Below are positions 34,513 to 43,064 of a stretch of 64,000 bases of DNA, in pieces. Below the pieces are notes generated by a model, which worked only from the letters and a program-made list of their open reading frames with translations, was not told where the DNA came from and ran no database searches. A program made the position numbers and the translations under genes. Source of the stretch: Candidatus Omnitrophota bacterium (lineage in GTDB: Bacteria; Omnitrophota; Gorgyraeia; Gygaellales; Profunditerraquicolaceae). The DNA lies in NCBI GenBank assembly GCA_023229385.1, contig JALNZI010000001.1, positions 26,419 to 90,418 of the forward strand, read 5' to 3'. The first letter of the stretch is position 1, and the number at the start of each line of letters is the position of its first letter.

Positions 34513-34520
34513 TATAAATA
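34513..34520 (+). promoter_or_regulatory. late-type box TATAAATA (followed by CTTATT)
   Basis: Upstream of gene 32, giving a leader of about 55 nt. Confidence 0.4.
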
Positions 34521-34528
34521 CTTATTAC

Positions 34529-34545
34529 CCAGCAATAAATGTTGG
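34529..34545 (+). promoter_or_regulatory. leader hairpin followed by an A/U-rich tract upstream of gene 32
   Basis: CCAGCA-ATAAA-TGTTGG (6 bp with one G-U), then about 35 nt that are almost pure A/T before the start. Confidence 0.3.
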
Positions 34546-34581
34546 CTAATAAGAAAATAAAAAATGAAAAAGGAAATAAAA

Positions 34582-35520
34582 ATGAAAACAAGTAGTTTAA
34601 TAGCAGACATGGAATCAATTGATGAAACATTAAATGCAATAAATGGAAATAAAAAAACATTTGAAAAAGACCCTCGCCAATTTAGACCTAATTTAAAAAA
34701 TGAAAAGAAAGAATATAGAGCTACAGTTAGATTCTTGAGTCAAGGGATTCAGCAAGTAGCAAAGAAAGCATATTTCATCGAAAGATGGGATCATGCATTT
34801 ATTGAGAATGGACAATGGTATATCGAGCGTTGCCCATCATTAATAAACAAGCAATTAGGCGTTAAGGATCATAAGTGCCCTGCTTGCATTAGCAATCGTA
34901 GAGATTATAATTCTAAGCAAGAAGTTTTAGTTCAACGAGCACATGATCGTAAGATTAAAAAAACTTATGTGACCAATATTTTAGTAATTGATGATCCGCA
35001 GTTTCCAGAGAATAATGGAAAAATAATGTATTGGAATATGCCTTATGAAATTGTTAAATTAATTGAAATTAAATGGCATCCTGAATCTAAAAAGAGATCA
35101 CCATCTAATCCTTATTGCCCAATCAAAGGCTATGCATTAGATTTAGTATTAAAGATAAATCCATCCACTGGATATGCTACATATGCTGGATCTGAATGGT
35201 TAGAGCCTGAGCCAATTTATGAGAATGAAGAAGAAATTGTTAAATTATTAAATTCAACAATTGATTTGGATGAATTTTTATCTGAACCTGATAAATTTAA
35301 GTCTTTTGATGAATTAAACAATCGTTTCCTTAAAGTTACATCAGGTGGAGTTATAATAGATTCTCCAATGAATACGATAATTGTTGACGATAAGCCTACT
35401 ACTGCTTTAGATAAAGTTACTTCAAGTATTACTACATCAGCATTAGCAGCAGACGTTCCAGATAAGCCGGTTGAAGGTGGCGAAGTTTCAACTGAAGATG
35501 ATAGTTGGCTAGAAGATTAA
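34582..35520 (+). CDS. gp32: single-stranded DNA-binding protein (T4 gp32-like)
   Basis: TVRFLS, NGQWYIERCPS and HKCPACI form the zinc site. NILVIDDPQFPENNGKIMYW and DKFKSFDELNNRF closely parallel remembered T4 gp32. The tail is acidic. The track start 34564 is possible, but ATG 34582 has an AAGGA Shine-Dalgarno. Confidence 0.85.
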   Translation: MKTSSLIADMESIDETLNAINGNKKTFEKDPRQFRPNLKNEKKEYRATVRFLSQGIQQVAKKAYFIERWDHAFIENGQWYIERCPSLINKQLGVKDHKCPACISNRRDYNSKQEVLVQRAHDRKIKKTYVTNILVIDDPQFPENNGKIMYWNMPYEIVKLIEIKWHPESKKRSPSNPYCPIKGYALDLVLKINPSTGYATYAGSEWLEPEPIYENEEEIVKLLNSTIDLDEFLSEPDKFKSFDELNNRFLKVTSGGVIIDSPMNTIIVDDKPTTALDKVTSSITTSALAADVPDKPVEGGEVSTEDDSWLED

Positions 35521-35534
35521 TAGTAAAAAATAGT

Positions 35535-35541
35535 CTAAATA
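35535..35541 (+). promoter_or_regulatory. late-type box CTAAATA
   Basis: 29 nt upstream of ATG 35571, overlapping the gp32 terminator region. Confidence 0.25.
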
Positions 35542-35544
35542 TTA

Positions 35545-35570
35545 AGAGTGCTGAAAGGCGCTCTTTTTTT
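35545..35570 (+). terminator. intrinsic terminator after gene 32
   Basis: AGAGTGC-TGAAAG-GCGCTCT followed by TTTTTT. Confidence 0.55.
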
Positions 35571-36116
35571 ATGTCTAAAAATCCAGAAGAATTTAATAAA
35601 ATAAATGAGTTATTTAATAACGGATATTTAAACCTAATAAAAAATATTCCAAATAGAGATGATATTGATTATAAACAAAATATGAAAAAATTCATCAAAC
35701 ATAACTTAGATTATGATGTTAAACTAAAAAGGAAAGAACTCAGAAAGTTAACATCACACATAAGTATCAAAATTAACTATTTTGTATCAAAAATTAATTC
35801 AGAGCAATTAGATTATATTGATATTAAAAAAGAATACATTAAAATTGAAAATACTTTATATAAGTACACTGAGCATAGGATGTTTAATAATATTAAAATA
35901 TGCAAAGATACCAATTTATCATTGATGATGATACAAGATGAATATAGTGATCCAACTTCTTATAGATTTAATTTTATATTTTTTTATAGAATGGCTGAAA
36001 ATGGAATAAAACAAAATTATATTCAATGCAGAAATACTATTAAAAAATATGAAACTACTTTAAAGATATTAAAAAAGATGAAGAGGGAAGTTGTATACCT
36101 GAATTCGCTCTATTAG
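35571..36116 (+). CDS. hypothetical protein
   Basis: The track ORF starts at 35505, inside the gp32 3' end, and crosses the terminator. ATG 35571 (MSKNPEEF) is the first start after it. Confidence 0.45.
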   Translation: MSKNPEEFNKINELFNNGYLNLIKNIPNRDDIDYKQNMKKFIKHNLDYDVKLKRKELRKLTSHISIKINYFVSKINSEQLDYIDIKKEYIKIENTLYKYTEHRMFNNIKICKDTNLSLMMIQDEYSDPTSYRFNFIFFYRMAENGIKQNYIQCRNTIKKYETTLKILKKMKREVVYLNSLY

Positions 36117-36126
36117 TTATCATTAT

Positions 36127-37245
36127 ATGATGGTGACGAAATACATTCCACTTGAAGCCTATCAAGAATATCTGGAAAAGATTGTTGAAGATGGTGCAGT
36201 AGAAGTAGCTAGTGAAAGTAAGCTACTGTTTAGATGTCCAATATGTGGAGATTCAAAGAAAAGTAAATCAAAACGAAGGGGTTTCTTATTAAGTGATGGC
36301 GAGCATGCCACAATGGGATGTTTAAAATGTGGAGTTAGAATACCATTTTATTATTATCTAAAGACTGAACATTCAGCATTATATAGTGACTGGATTATGA
36401 ATGTTTATGTTTTTGATAAAGAATATGAAAAAAAAGAAGAAGAATTTGCAAAAGAAACATGCTATGTAGATTATTCGGAATTTTATCCATTAACCGATAA
36501 AACAGCACCAACGATACGAAATAGCGCCTTGCATTTAATAAACAGCAGAAAAATACCTAAATTAATTGCAAAAAAATTATTGTATTCTTATTCTGGAAAA
36601 TTTGCAAATAGATTAATATTTCCATATTATATGAGAGATGGATCTTTTAAATATTTTGAAGCTAGAGATTTAGGAAATAATGATATTCAAAAATATAAGT
36701 TTCCGACTGCATTACCTCAAGAATATTATAATTTAAATTTTGTTGATAAAAATAGATTATTTTTTATTTTTGAAGGATTAATAGACTCATTTTTTATAGA
36801 AAATTCTATTACATCAGGTGGAGCTACTAAAATTGGTACATTATTAAGTGAAATAGATAAAAAATATCATAAAAATGCTGTTTTAATTTTTGATGGAGAT
36901 ATTGTAGGAATACGCCAAGCCTATAGATATTTTAAAAAAGGTTATAAAGTGTTTGTGTGGAATGAATCAATGTTAAAATTATCAAAAGATGGTAAAATTG
37001 ACATGAATGAATTAGTTATTAAAGGGTTCTTTGATTCTGTTTTAGATAAAAGTGGTAGAATACCTGAATCAAAAATAATGAAATACGTTATGGTGCCTAG
37101 CATTTATAATTTGTTAGAATTTGAAATGTATTACTCAAGAATGGGTTTTGAGTTAGAGGAAAAGCTAGATGCTAAATTTATTCACAAAAGAGCAATTGAA
37201 CCAGTTAAAAATAATAGGAATAAACGGAAAAGCGGGGTCCGGTAA
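36127..37245 (+). CDS. gp61: DNA primase (T4 gp61-like)
   Basis: 372 aa. Zinc ribbon is FRCPICGDSKKSKSKRRGF...CLKCG. The Toprim-like region shows FIFEGLIDSFF and FDGD. Confidence 0.8.
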   Translation: MMVTKYIPLEAYQEYLEKIVEDGAVEVASESKLLFRCPICGDSKKSKSKRRGFLLSDGEHATMGCLKCGVRIPFYYYLKTEHSALYSDWIMNVYVFDKEYEKKEEEFAKETCYVDYSEFYPLTDKTAPTIRNSALHLINSRKIPKLIAKKLLYSYSGKFANRLIFPYYMRDGSFKYFEARDLGNNDIQKYKFPTALPQEYYNLNFVDKNRLFFIFEGLIDSFFIENSITSGGATKIGTLLSEIDKKYHKNAVLIFDGDIVGIRQAYRYFKKGYKVFVWNESMLKLSKDGKIDMNELVIKGFFDSVLDKSGRIPESKIMKYVMVPSIYNLLEFEMYYSRMGFELEEKLDAKFIHKRAIEPVKNNRNKRKSGVR

Positions 37246-37732
37246 GGATTTCATAGCTAAAAACTGTTATCCTAGATATTTTCAAATCGCTTTTGCTGAT
37301 CATTTTAAATATGATTTAGTTGGTAAAAAAATACGCACATATGAAGATGTATATGTAACTAAGACACCTGAGACTAGACATATCATGCAAGAATACGGAA
37401 CAGAAAAAGGCCGTAATGTGTATGGCGAGGATGTTTGGATTAATTGTACTGAATCTATGATATATAATATTTTTAATAGAAATCATATACAGGATTTTAT
37501 ATTTCCAGATGTTAGATATGATAATGAAGCTCAATTTATTAGAAATTTAGGTGGAATTGTTATTTCAATTGAATCAAATAGAAATTTATCAACTATGGAT
37601 GATACTGCAAAAAAGCATTCATCTGAATCAGATATATCATCTGATTTATTAGATGTTATTGTTACTAATAATTTAGATGATGATTTAGCTTCAATAAAAG
37701 ATCAATTAAGTATTTGGTTACCTATAAAATAA
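37169..37732 (+). CDS. P-loop nucleotide kinase, dNMP-kinase-like
   Basis: 187 aa. The P-loop is IGINGKAGSGKDF. It overlaps the primase 3' end by 77 nt, and no alternative ATG precedes the P-loop. Confidence 0.5.
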   Translation: MLNLFTKEQLNQLKIIGINGKAGSGKDFIAKNCYPRYFQIAFADHFKYDLVGKKIRTYEDVYVTKTPETRHIMQEYGTEKGRNVYGEDVWINCTESMIYNIFNRNHIQDFIFPDVRYDNEAQFIRNLGGIVISIESNRNLSTMDDTAKKHSSESDISSDLLDVIVTNNLDDDLASIKDQLSIWLPIK

Positions 37733-37745
37733 GTAGTATTTTTCC

Positions 37746-37753
37746 TATAAATA
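37746..37753 (+). promoter_or_regulatory. late-type box TATAAATA
   Basis: 9 nt upstream of ATG 37763. Confidence 0.4.
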
Positions 37754-37762
37754 TTCAGTATT

Positions 37763-38464
37763 ATGAATATTGTTGGATGCGATTTATCTATAAATGGATC
37801 TGGTTTCACTGTATTAGAATGTAATGATAATTTAGATGTTACAAATGTTTTTTTCTTAGGATTTACTAAAATTAAAAAATTAGTTAGGCATTTAAATAAT
37901 CTACATATTGAATTATTGCCAAAAAATTATAGTGAATATCCGTATCATTGTCGTGGAAATATAATTTTTGATATTTTTGCGAAATATTATAATCCAGGTA
38001 ATTTAGATTTTATGGTAGTTGAAGATTATTCATTTGGATCAAAGGGTAACACTTTTGATATAGCTGAGGTAATTGGAGGAATTAAAAATAGATTTTATCA
38101 ATTAAGAATTCCATATAAGAAATACTCCCCAAGCACGATTAAACTCTTTGCAACTGGTAAGGGGAGCGCTGATAAGGTTTTTATGGGATTGGCCTTTGAA
38201 CAGCTTAAAAACGGCCTTATTGACGATTCTGTTGCATTGCCTAGCTATGAATCACCTAAAGCAGATCTAGTAGATTCATTTTGGGCAGCTCAATTATATC
38301 GTCATGAATTACTATATCTTAAACACGGTGAACCATATTCCGATATATTAAAGCCATATGGTGAAAAATCAATAGCTGCTTTAATTGGTGGAAACAAAAA
38401 AGTAAAAACCGCTCCAGCTATGGAACATGAAACTATTCTATATCATAATGAATATTTAAACTAA
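37763..38464 (+). CDS. RuvC-like Holliday junction resolvase
   Basis: 233 aa. IVGCDLSINGSGFTV carries the first Asp, VVEDYSF the Glu, and KADLVDSFWAA the C-terminal Asp pair. Confidence 0.6.
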   Translation: MNIVGCDLSINGSGFTVLECNDNLDVTNVFFLGFTKIKKLVRHLNNLHIELLPKNYSEYPYHCRGNIIFDIFAKYYNPGNLDFMVVEDYSFGSKGNTFDIAEVIGGIKNRFYQLRIPYKKYSPSTIKLFATGKGSADKVFMGLAFEQLKNGLIDDSVALPSYESPKADLVDSFWAAQLYRHELLYLKHGEPYSDILKPYGEKSIAALIGGNKKVKTAPAMEHETILYHNEYLN

Positions 38465-39059
38465 AGACTCTACCTTCTCTTTGGTAAGTCAATCCTTTTA
38501 ATACTTCCAACTGTAATACTATATAATAATCACTGATAGCATTCTCAACTTCAGTAAATAGTAATTCACTTTTGCCTCCATTGAAAGTTAAAGGCACTTT
38601 AACTAAATTATTAAATTTATTATCATTTACATAGTAAGATTCTAAATTTTCTATTGCAATCGAGCTTAATGTATTAACTGGTTTAATATAATTTTGAGAT
38701 AAACCAATTCTAATAACACTAGAATCATCAATTGTTGAATTTATCCATAATGCAATGTTTTTAACAACAGTGTACGTTCTGTTGTAGCAATAATTAGAAC
38801 ATTCATCTGTTATTGTTAATCCTCTAGAATTCAACGAATATTCAATATTTTTATTTAAGTTTAATTGTAATTTTATCCAATTTTCATAAGAAAATGAGCG
38901 GGATTTTAGATACGGGGCATATACTGGATAATTTAATGAATCAGCTACTTCACAGGTAGTTGCGCTATCAATTGATTTAAACGCTAGACTAGATATTTCA
39001 AAAGAATAGCCGGATGATCCAGTTGATTTTAATAAAACAAAATTAATCAAGTCATTCAT
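38433..39059 (-). CDS. hypothetical late protein
   Basis: 208-aa ORF. Its 3' end overlaps the resolvase gene by 32 nt. A late box lies 7 nt upstream. Confidence 0.5.
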   Translation of the reverse strand: MNDLINFVLLKSTGSSGYSFEISSLAFKSIDSATTCEVADSLNYPVYAPYLKSRSFSYENWIKLQLNLNKNIEYSLNSRGLTITDECSNYCYNRTYTVVKNIALWINSTIDDSSVIRIGLSQNYIKPVNTLSSIAIENLESYYVNDNKFNNLVKVPLTFNGGKSELLFTEVENAISDYYIVLQLEVLKGLTYQREGRVFSLNIHYDIE

Positions 39060-39066
39060 TATTTAA

Positions 39067-39073
39067 TATTTAT
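39067..39073 (-). promoter_or_regulatory. late-type box ATAAATA
   Basis: 7 nt upstream of ATG 39059. Confidence 0.45.
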
Positions 39074-39155
39074 TATTCTCATATAACTTACTATTTTAAT
39101 TTAGTTATATACATTAAAGGGATTGGTCATTAATTTAAATTTTGAGGTGTAAACA

Positions 39156-40334
39156 TTGAGAGCTACAAATTCTACTTTACTTAAAACTTCTAGCATTAGA
39201 TACTATGATAAAAAAATAAAGCAATGCTCTTTATTTACTAAAGAAGAAGAAATAAGTATTTTTACGTTAATGTTTAATATTAAAAAAAACATATGCAATA
39301 TACTATTAAATGATATTAATATATTCAATAAATTTAAAAAAATAGCTAGCGAATATTTAGATAATGACAATTTAATGGATTTTATTTTATTTGATACTGA
39401 TTTTTGTAAAACTTCAGATTTAGAGGAAATTGTTGATTTTTACGAAACAGCAACTAACTCAATTATATTATTAGAAAAATACGAAGATACAAAAGATTAT
39501 ACTAATTTGATTTATTTTAGTAATGAAGCTTTTAATAGTTTAATTTGCTTATTATCAAATGAAGAAAGAGAAAAATATAACATAGATAGCTTATTAAAAA
39601 TAATTGATTCAATTAGGGATAGAATAATTGAACATAATTTAGCAATGGCAGTTGAACTAGCATTAAAATATAAAAACACTATACAAATCTCATTAGATGA
39701 TGCAATACAGGGCGCAATGATTGGATTATCTATTGCTGTTGATAAGTTCAACCCTTTTATAAAAACTAAATTGTCAACCTCGGCTTATTCTTGGATATTC
39801 CAAGGTATTCAAAGACTAAATGATAATACTTGTGAATTAATACAAACTCCATGTAATATCATTGAACAAAGTAAGAAAAATAATAAAATAATAAATGACT
39901 TATTAAAAAGCAAAGGATCGTTTCCTAGCGCAGATGAAATATGCGAAGCTGCCGGAAATGATTCATATCTAGTATCTATTAAAAGATATGATTCATTTGA
40001 TTCAGTGGATGCAAATAATATTCAGTTATGCGATAAGATAAAAGATCCAAATATTGCAGATAATACTACTATTTTAGAATATAATAAACTTAAAAATAAA
40101 ATGAAAGATATTATTAATTCTTTGGATGATAAAGAAAAAGAAATAATTGAATTAATGTTTGGTTATAATAATAAAGAACCGTTAAGCAATAAAGCAATAA
40201 TGGATAAATTAAGCATAGATAATTATTCTTTTAACAAATTAAGAACCATTGCTTTAAATAAAGTTAAAGATTTAGTTGAAGAAGAATTTGAATTCGACAA
40301 TTGGAGAGAAATTTTTGAAAGCGAGGAGTTATAA
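39156..40334 (+). CDS. sigma-70-family RNA polymerase sigma factor
   Basis: 392 aa with a TTG start 6 nt after GAGGTG. Region 2 is IIEHNLAMAVELALKY..LDDAIQGAMIGLSIAVDKFNP..STSAYSWIFQGIQR. Region 4 is LDDKEKEIIELMFG...NKLRTIALNKVK. Confidence 0.75.
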   Translation: MRATNSTLLKTSSIRYYDKKIKQCSLFTKEEEISIFTLMFNIKKNICNILLNDINIFNKFKKIASEYLDNDNLMDFILFDTDFCKTSDLEEIVDFYETATNSIILLEKYEDTKDYTNLIYFSNEAFNSLICLLSNEEREKYNIDSLLKIIDSIRDRIIEHNLAMAVELALKYKNTIQISLDDAIQGAMIGLSIAVDKFNPFIKTKLSTSAYSWIFQGIQRLNDNTCELIQTPCNIIEQSKKNNKIINDLLKSKGSFPSADEICEAAGNDSYLVSIKRYDSFDSVDANNIQLCDKIKDPNIADNTTILEYNKLKNKMKDIINSLDDKEKEIIELMFGYNNKEPLSNKAIMDKLSIDNYSFNKLRTIALNKVKDLVEEEFEFDNWREIFESEEL

Positions 40335-40675
40335 TGTCAATAAGTGATAACAAATACACTGGTAAAAAAACTAAAACTAAATTAAAAAGATTGATTAGTT
40401 CTTCTAAATTATTAAAAGATGCTAAACATTGCAAAACTTTTACTAGTAAAATTACCTATAGTATTTTTAAAGATGAAAAGCTGATATATTCTAATAATTA
40501 TATGAGCGCAATAAATTGTTCAGACCTAAATAGTTACTCGAAAATTATAATAAATACTATAAGACTCAATGGAGCTACTGAAATAAATTCAGATAGAAAC
40601 AGAATAACAATCACATCTAAAACTTGTGATAATTTGATGTTAAAATCTTCAATTGAGTTAATAGGAATAAAGTAA
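40334..40675 (+). CDS. hypothetical protein, co-operonic with the sigma factor
   Basis: 113-aa ORF. Its ATG overlaps the sigma stop (TAATG). Confidence 0.5.
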   Translation: MSISDNKYTGKKTKTKLKRLISSSKLLKDAKHCKTFTSKITYSIFKDEKLIYSNNYMSAINCSDLNSYSKIIINTIRLNGATEINSDRNRITITSKTCDNLMLKSSIELIGIK

Positions 40676-40676
40676 T

Positions 40677-40994
40677 ATGTCATTAAAAAATTTTGTAGAC
40701 AATTGTGTATTAATTGCAAATTTTCATCCCAAATCAACTAGAATAAGTTTTGAAAATGATATTTGTATTAAAGCTGGAATAAATTCATTTATGAATTCAT
40801 TGGAGTATAGAGATAATTATATTATAATTTCTAATTCTTTAGATGACTCTGCGGTATTTATTGAAGCAATAACGCCAATAGCTAAGGTATTAGTTTTAAT
40901 TGATGGAAGAGGTACATTAATTATCGGAGATAGTGACTATCAATATTTAACTAATTATGTTAATATATTGTTTTCACAAATACCTAAAGATTAA
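40677..40994 (+). CDS. hypothetical protein, co-operonic with the sigma factor
   Basis: 105-aa ORF starting 1 nt after the previous stop. Confidence 0.5.
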   Translation: MSLKNFVDNCVLIANFHPKSTRISFENDICIKAGINSFMNSLEYRDNYIIISNSLDDSAVFIEAITPIAKVLVLIDGRGTLIIGDSDYQYLTNYVNILFSQIPKD

Positions 40995-41755
40995 TATATC
41001 CCTATCATAGGTTGAGCACTTTCGCCAATCAATTGCGCTTCATATTTTTCTCGATCTTTTACTCCCATGTCATAAACAAATTGACCATTTACCTTGCCCC
41101 CACCTGGAAGTGGTCTATCATATAAATTTAGCACAATTCCCCATATTTCTTTTAATCTAGCAACTGCTATTTCAACAAACAAAGGGTGGCCAAATACTTG
41201 TCCTAATTCTGCTCTTCTATAAACTCTACCTATTAAAAATCTTCCACCATATGAATTATCAAAAGTAGGAGGAGGTGGAGTTATATGTAATTCTTTTTCT
41301 CCTTTGGAATTAAATATTAATTTTGAATAATATTGAGGGCCACAAGATCTATTAATTTCAGCTAGATTCATTTTAGCGGCGGTATATCCAGCCATATTCC
41401 AATCTTGATAATTAACACTCATGGTTAAAAAGCTTTCCATAGACCCAACATCTAGCATCATAAATGGATTAGCTAGCATTCCATTAAATGATGCATATAC
41501 CTCAATAACATCTTCTACCCAATATGGTACAGGATATATAGATTGTCCAGGTATAGCTGGAATAGTTATCCAACTCATGTAAGAAGATTCATTGGCATTA
41601 TGTCTAAAAAAGAAATCTAAGGTTTGATTAATTGTATCATCTAGGTGATTTCTAGGTGATATTGAATCGGGAAATAATTTCAAATCAATATTATGCATAG
41701 GTGCTCCCAATTTTAGCATAATACTCTCCGACACTTGACTTCTAGTTAAAAACAT
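40991..41755 (-). CDS. structural protein, possibly T4 gp13/gp14-type neck protein
   Basis: 254 aa. The N-terminal pattern SIMLKLGAPMHNIDL...TINQTLDFFF resembles the LGxPxxxIEL...F opening I associate with T4-type neck proteins. It is a late gene. Confidence 0.35.
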   Translation of the reverse strand: MFLTRSQVSESIMLKLGAPMHNIDLKLFPDSISPRNHLDDTINQTLDFFFRHNANESSYMSWITIPAIPGQSIYPVPYWVEDVIEVYASFNGMLANPFMMLDVGSMESFLTMSVNYQDWNMAGYTAAKMNLAEINRSCGPQYYSKLIFNSKGEKELHITPPPPTFDNSYGGRFLIGRVYRRAELGQVFGHPLFVEIAVARLKEIWGIVLNLYDRPLPGGGKVNGQFVYDMGVKDREKYEAQLIGESAQPMIGIY

Positions 41756-41773
41756 TTAGTACCTTCTACCTAT

Positions 41774-41785
41774 TATTTATAAATA
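41774..41785. promoter_or_regulatory. palindromic bidirectional late promoter TATTTATAAATA
   Basis: A perfect 12-nt palindrome gives TATAAATA on both strands. Each box is exactly 18 nt from its ATG (41755 and 41804), and each spacer holds a Shine-Dalgarno (GAAGG or AAGGA). Confidence 0.5.
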
Positions 41786-41803
41786 AATACTAAGGACTAT
41801 AAA

Positions 41804-42622
41804 ATGAATTCTGTAAAATACATTAATTTAAATAAAGCTAAAGTAACTCTATTAGAGACTTTAGTTGGAACTAGATATAAATCTAAAAACAAATTCAAAA
41901 AAGCTTTTTTTGAATCAATTGAAAAAAGATTTATATTAACAGAGGGAATTAAAGAAAATTTATCTAAATTAGTTGATGATGTTATGTTCTTTTTCAAGAA
42001 TACGGCTGAAAACAACAAAAGATTAGATTATTTAATAAATGTAGGTAAAAAAGCATTAAGTTTACATGGATTCACTAATGCACCTGCATTAAATAGAACA
42101 TTGCATGCATTTATTGGGAAAGAACCAACTGGAGATAGATTAAAACAATTTTTAAAATTATGGATGAATTATTTAGTTTATAGTTATGATGGCAAAAGTC
42201 CAATAATAACATTTAATATGGAATTAGGTGCATTAGAATCAGCACTTAAAGCTTTCAAAAATAATGGAGCTTTACAGGGATATAATAACAATATTGATGA
42301 ATTATTATCAGAAAATGGTTTAATATACATTTTGAAAAAACTTTCAAATAGATTAAATGATGGGGCTGAAGAATTAAAAAATAATGCCGAATATAGAACT
42401 AATAATAAAGTTGAAGCTAAACCAAACATTTCGGATAAAATAAGTATTAAAAAGCAAGGTGAAAATAAATTAATTAAATTAGATAATAACGAAGATTTAA
42501 CAAATTTATTTACTTCATATCAAGAAAGAGAACAGTTCCCTAAAGATAAAAGATTTAAAACTTATGCATATGAATCAGTATATAATGCTTTTATAATTGC
42601 TCTAGATACTCTGATAGGGTAA
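41804..42622 (+). CDS. hypothetical late protein
   Basis: 272-aa ORF, the only plus-strand gene inside the structural block. Confidence 0.5.
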   Translation: MNSVKYINLNKAKVTLLETLVGTRYKSKNKFKKAFFESIEKRFILTEGIKENLSKLVDDVMFFFKNTAENNKRLDYLINVGKKALSLHGFTNAPALNRTLHAFIGKEPTGDRLKQFLKLWMNYLVYSYDGKSPIITFNMELGALESALKAFKNNGALQGYNNNIDELLSENGLIYILKKLSNRLNDGAEELKNNAEYRTNNKVEAKPNISDKISIKKQGENKLIKLDNNEDLTNLFTSYQEREQFPKDKRFKTYAYESVYNAFIIALDTLIG

Positions 42623-42956
42623 TAAGAGAATCTCCAAAATCTGTCACGCACAAGCCAATCTTAATAATGTTTAAATAGTCCTCATCAAATTTAATATTGG
42701 CTTCTTTACATACCCCTAATACATAATCTAACGATCCGATTCTAAATCCCTCCATATACAGGTATTCTTCAAAATATTCAATTGAAGTAATTCTGCAATA
42801 ATTATGCGCATCTAATTTTGAATTAATGGCATCCCGATATCCAATTACAAACAATTTAAGTAATTCATCACTAATCAGACTTTGATTCAATGGCTTTCCA
42901 TATTCAAGTTCCAAAGTAGCTCGAATAAGAATATTCTTAGTGATCGTAACTGCCAT
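42591..42956 (-). CDS. hypothetical protein
   Basis: The track starts at TTG 42974. ATG 42956 (MAVTITKN) follows GAGGTG by 4 nt. Confidence 0.5.
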   Translation of the reverse strand: MAVTITKNILIRATLELEYGKPLNQSLISDELLKLFVIGYRDAINSKLDAHNYCRITSIEYFEEYLYMEGFRIGSLDYVLGVCKEANIKFDEDYLNIIKIGLCVTDFGDSLITLSEYLEQL

Positions 42957-42983
42957 GATGCACCTCGCTTTCAAGTTGAATAT

Positions 42984-43036
42984 AAAAAAATTGCCCTTTT
43001 TGGCAACAAAAAAAGCGAAGTAGTTAAACTTCGCTT
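42984..43036 (-). terminator. two tandem intrinsic terminators after the major capsid gene
   Basis: On the minus strand: AGCGAAG, loop, CTTCGCT plus T7, then TTGCC-AAAAAG-GGCAA plus T7. Confidence 0.65.
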
Positions 43037-43064
43037 CATTTAAATACTGACGATTATGCTATTA

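Noticed and set aside
34564-34581. gp32 starting at the first ATG (MKKEIK...)
   Set aside because: That ATG lies within the A/U tract and has no Shine-Dalgarno. The second ATG follows AAGGA at good spacing. Either remains possible.
37169-37245. Frameshift or sequencing error joining the primase and kinase genes (77-nt overlap)
   Set aside because: Both frames have complete, independent domain sets (zinc ribbon plus Toprim, versus P-loop kinase). The overlap is the basic primase tail, and no slippery run was seen.
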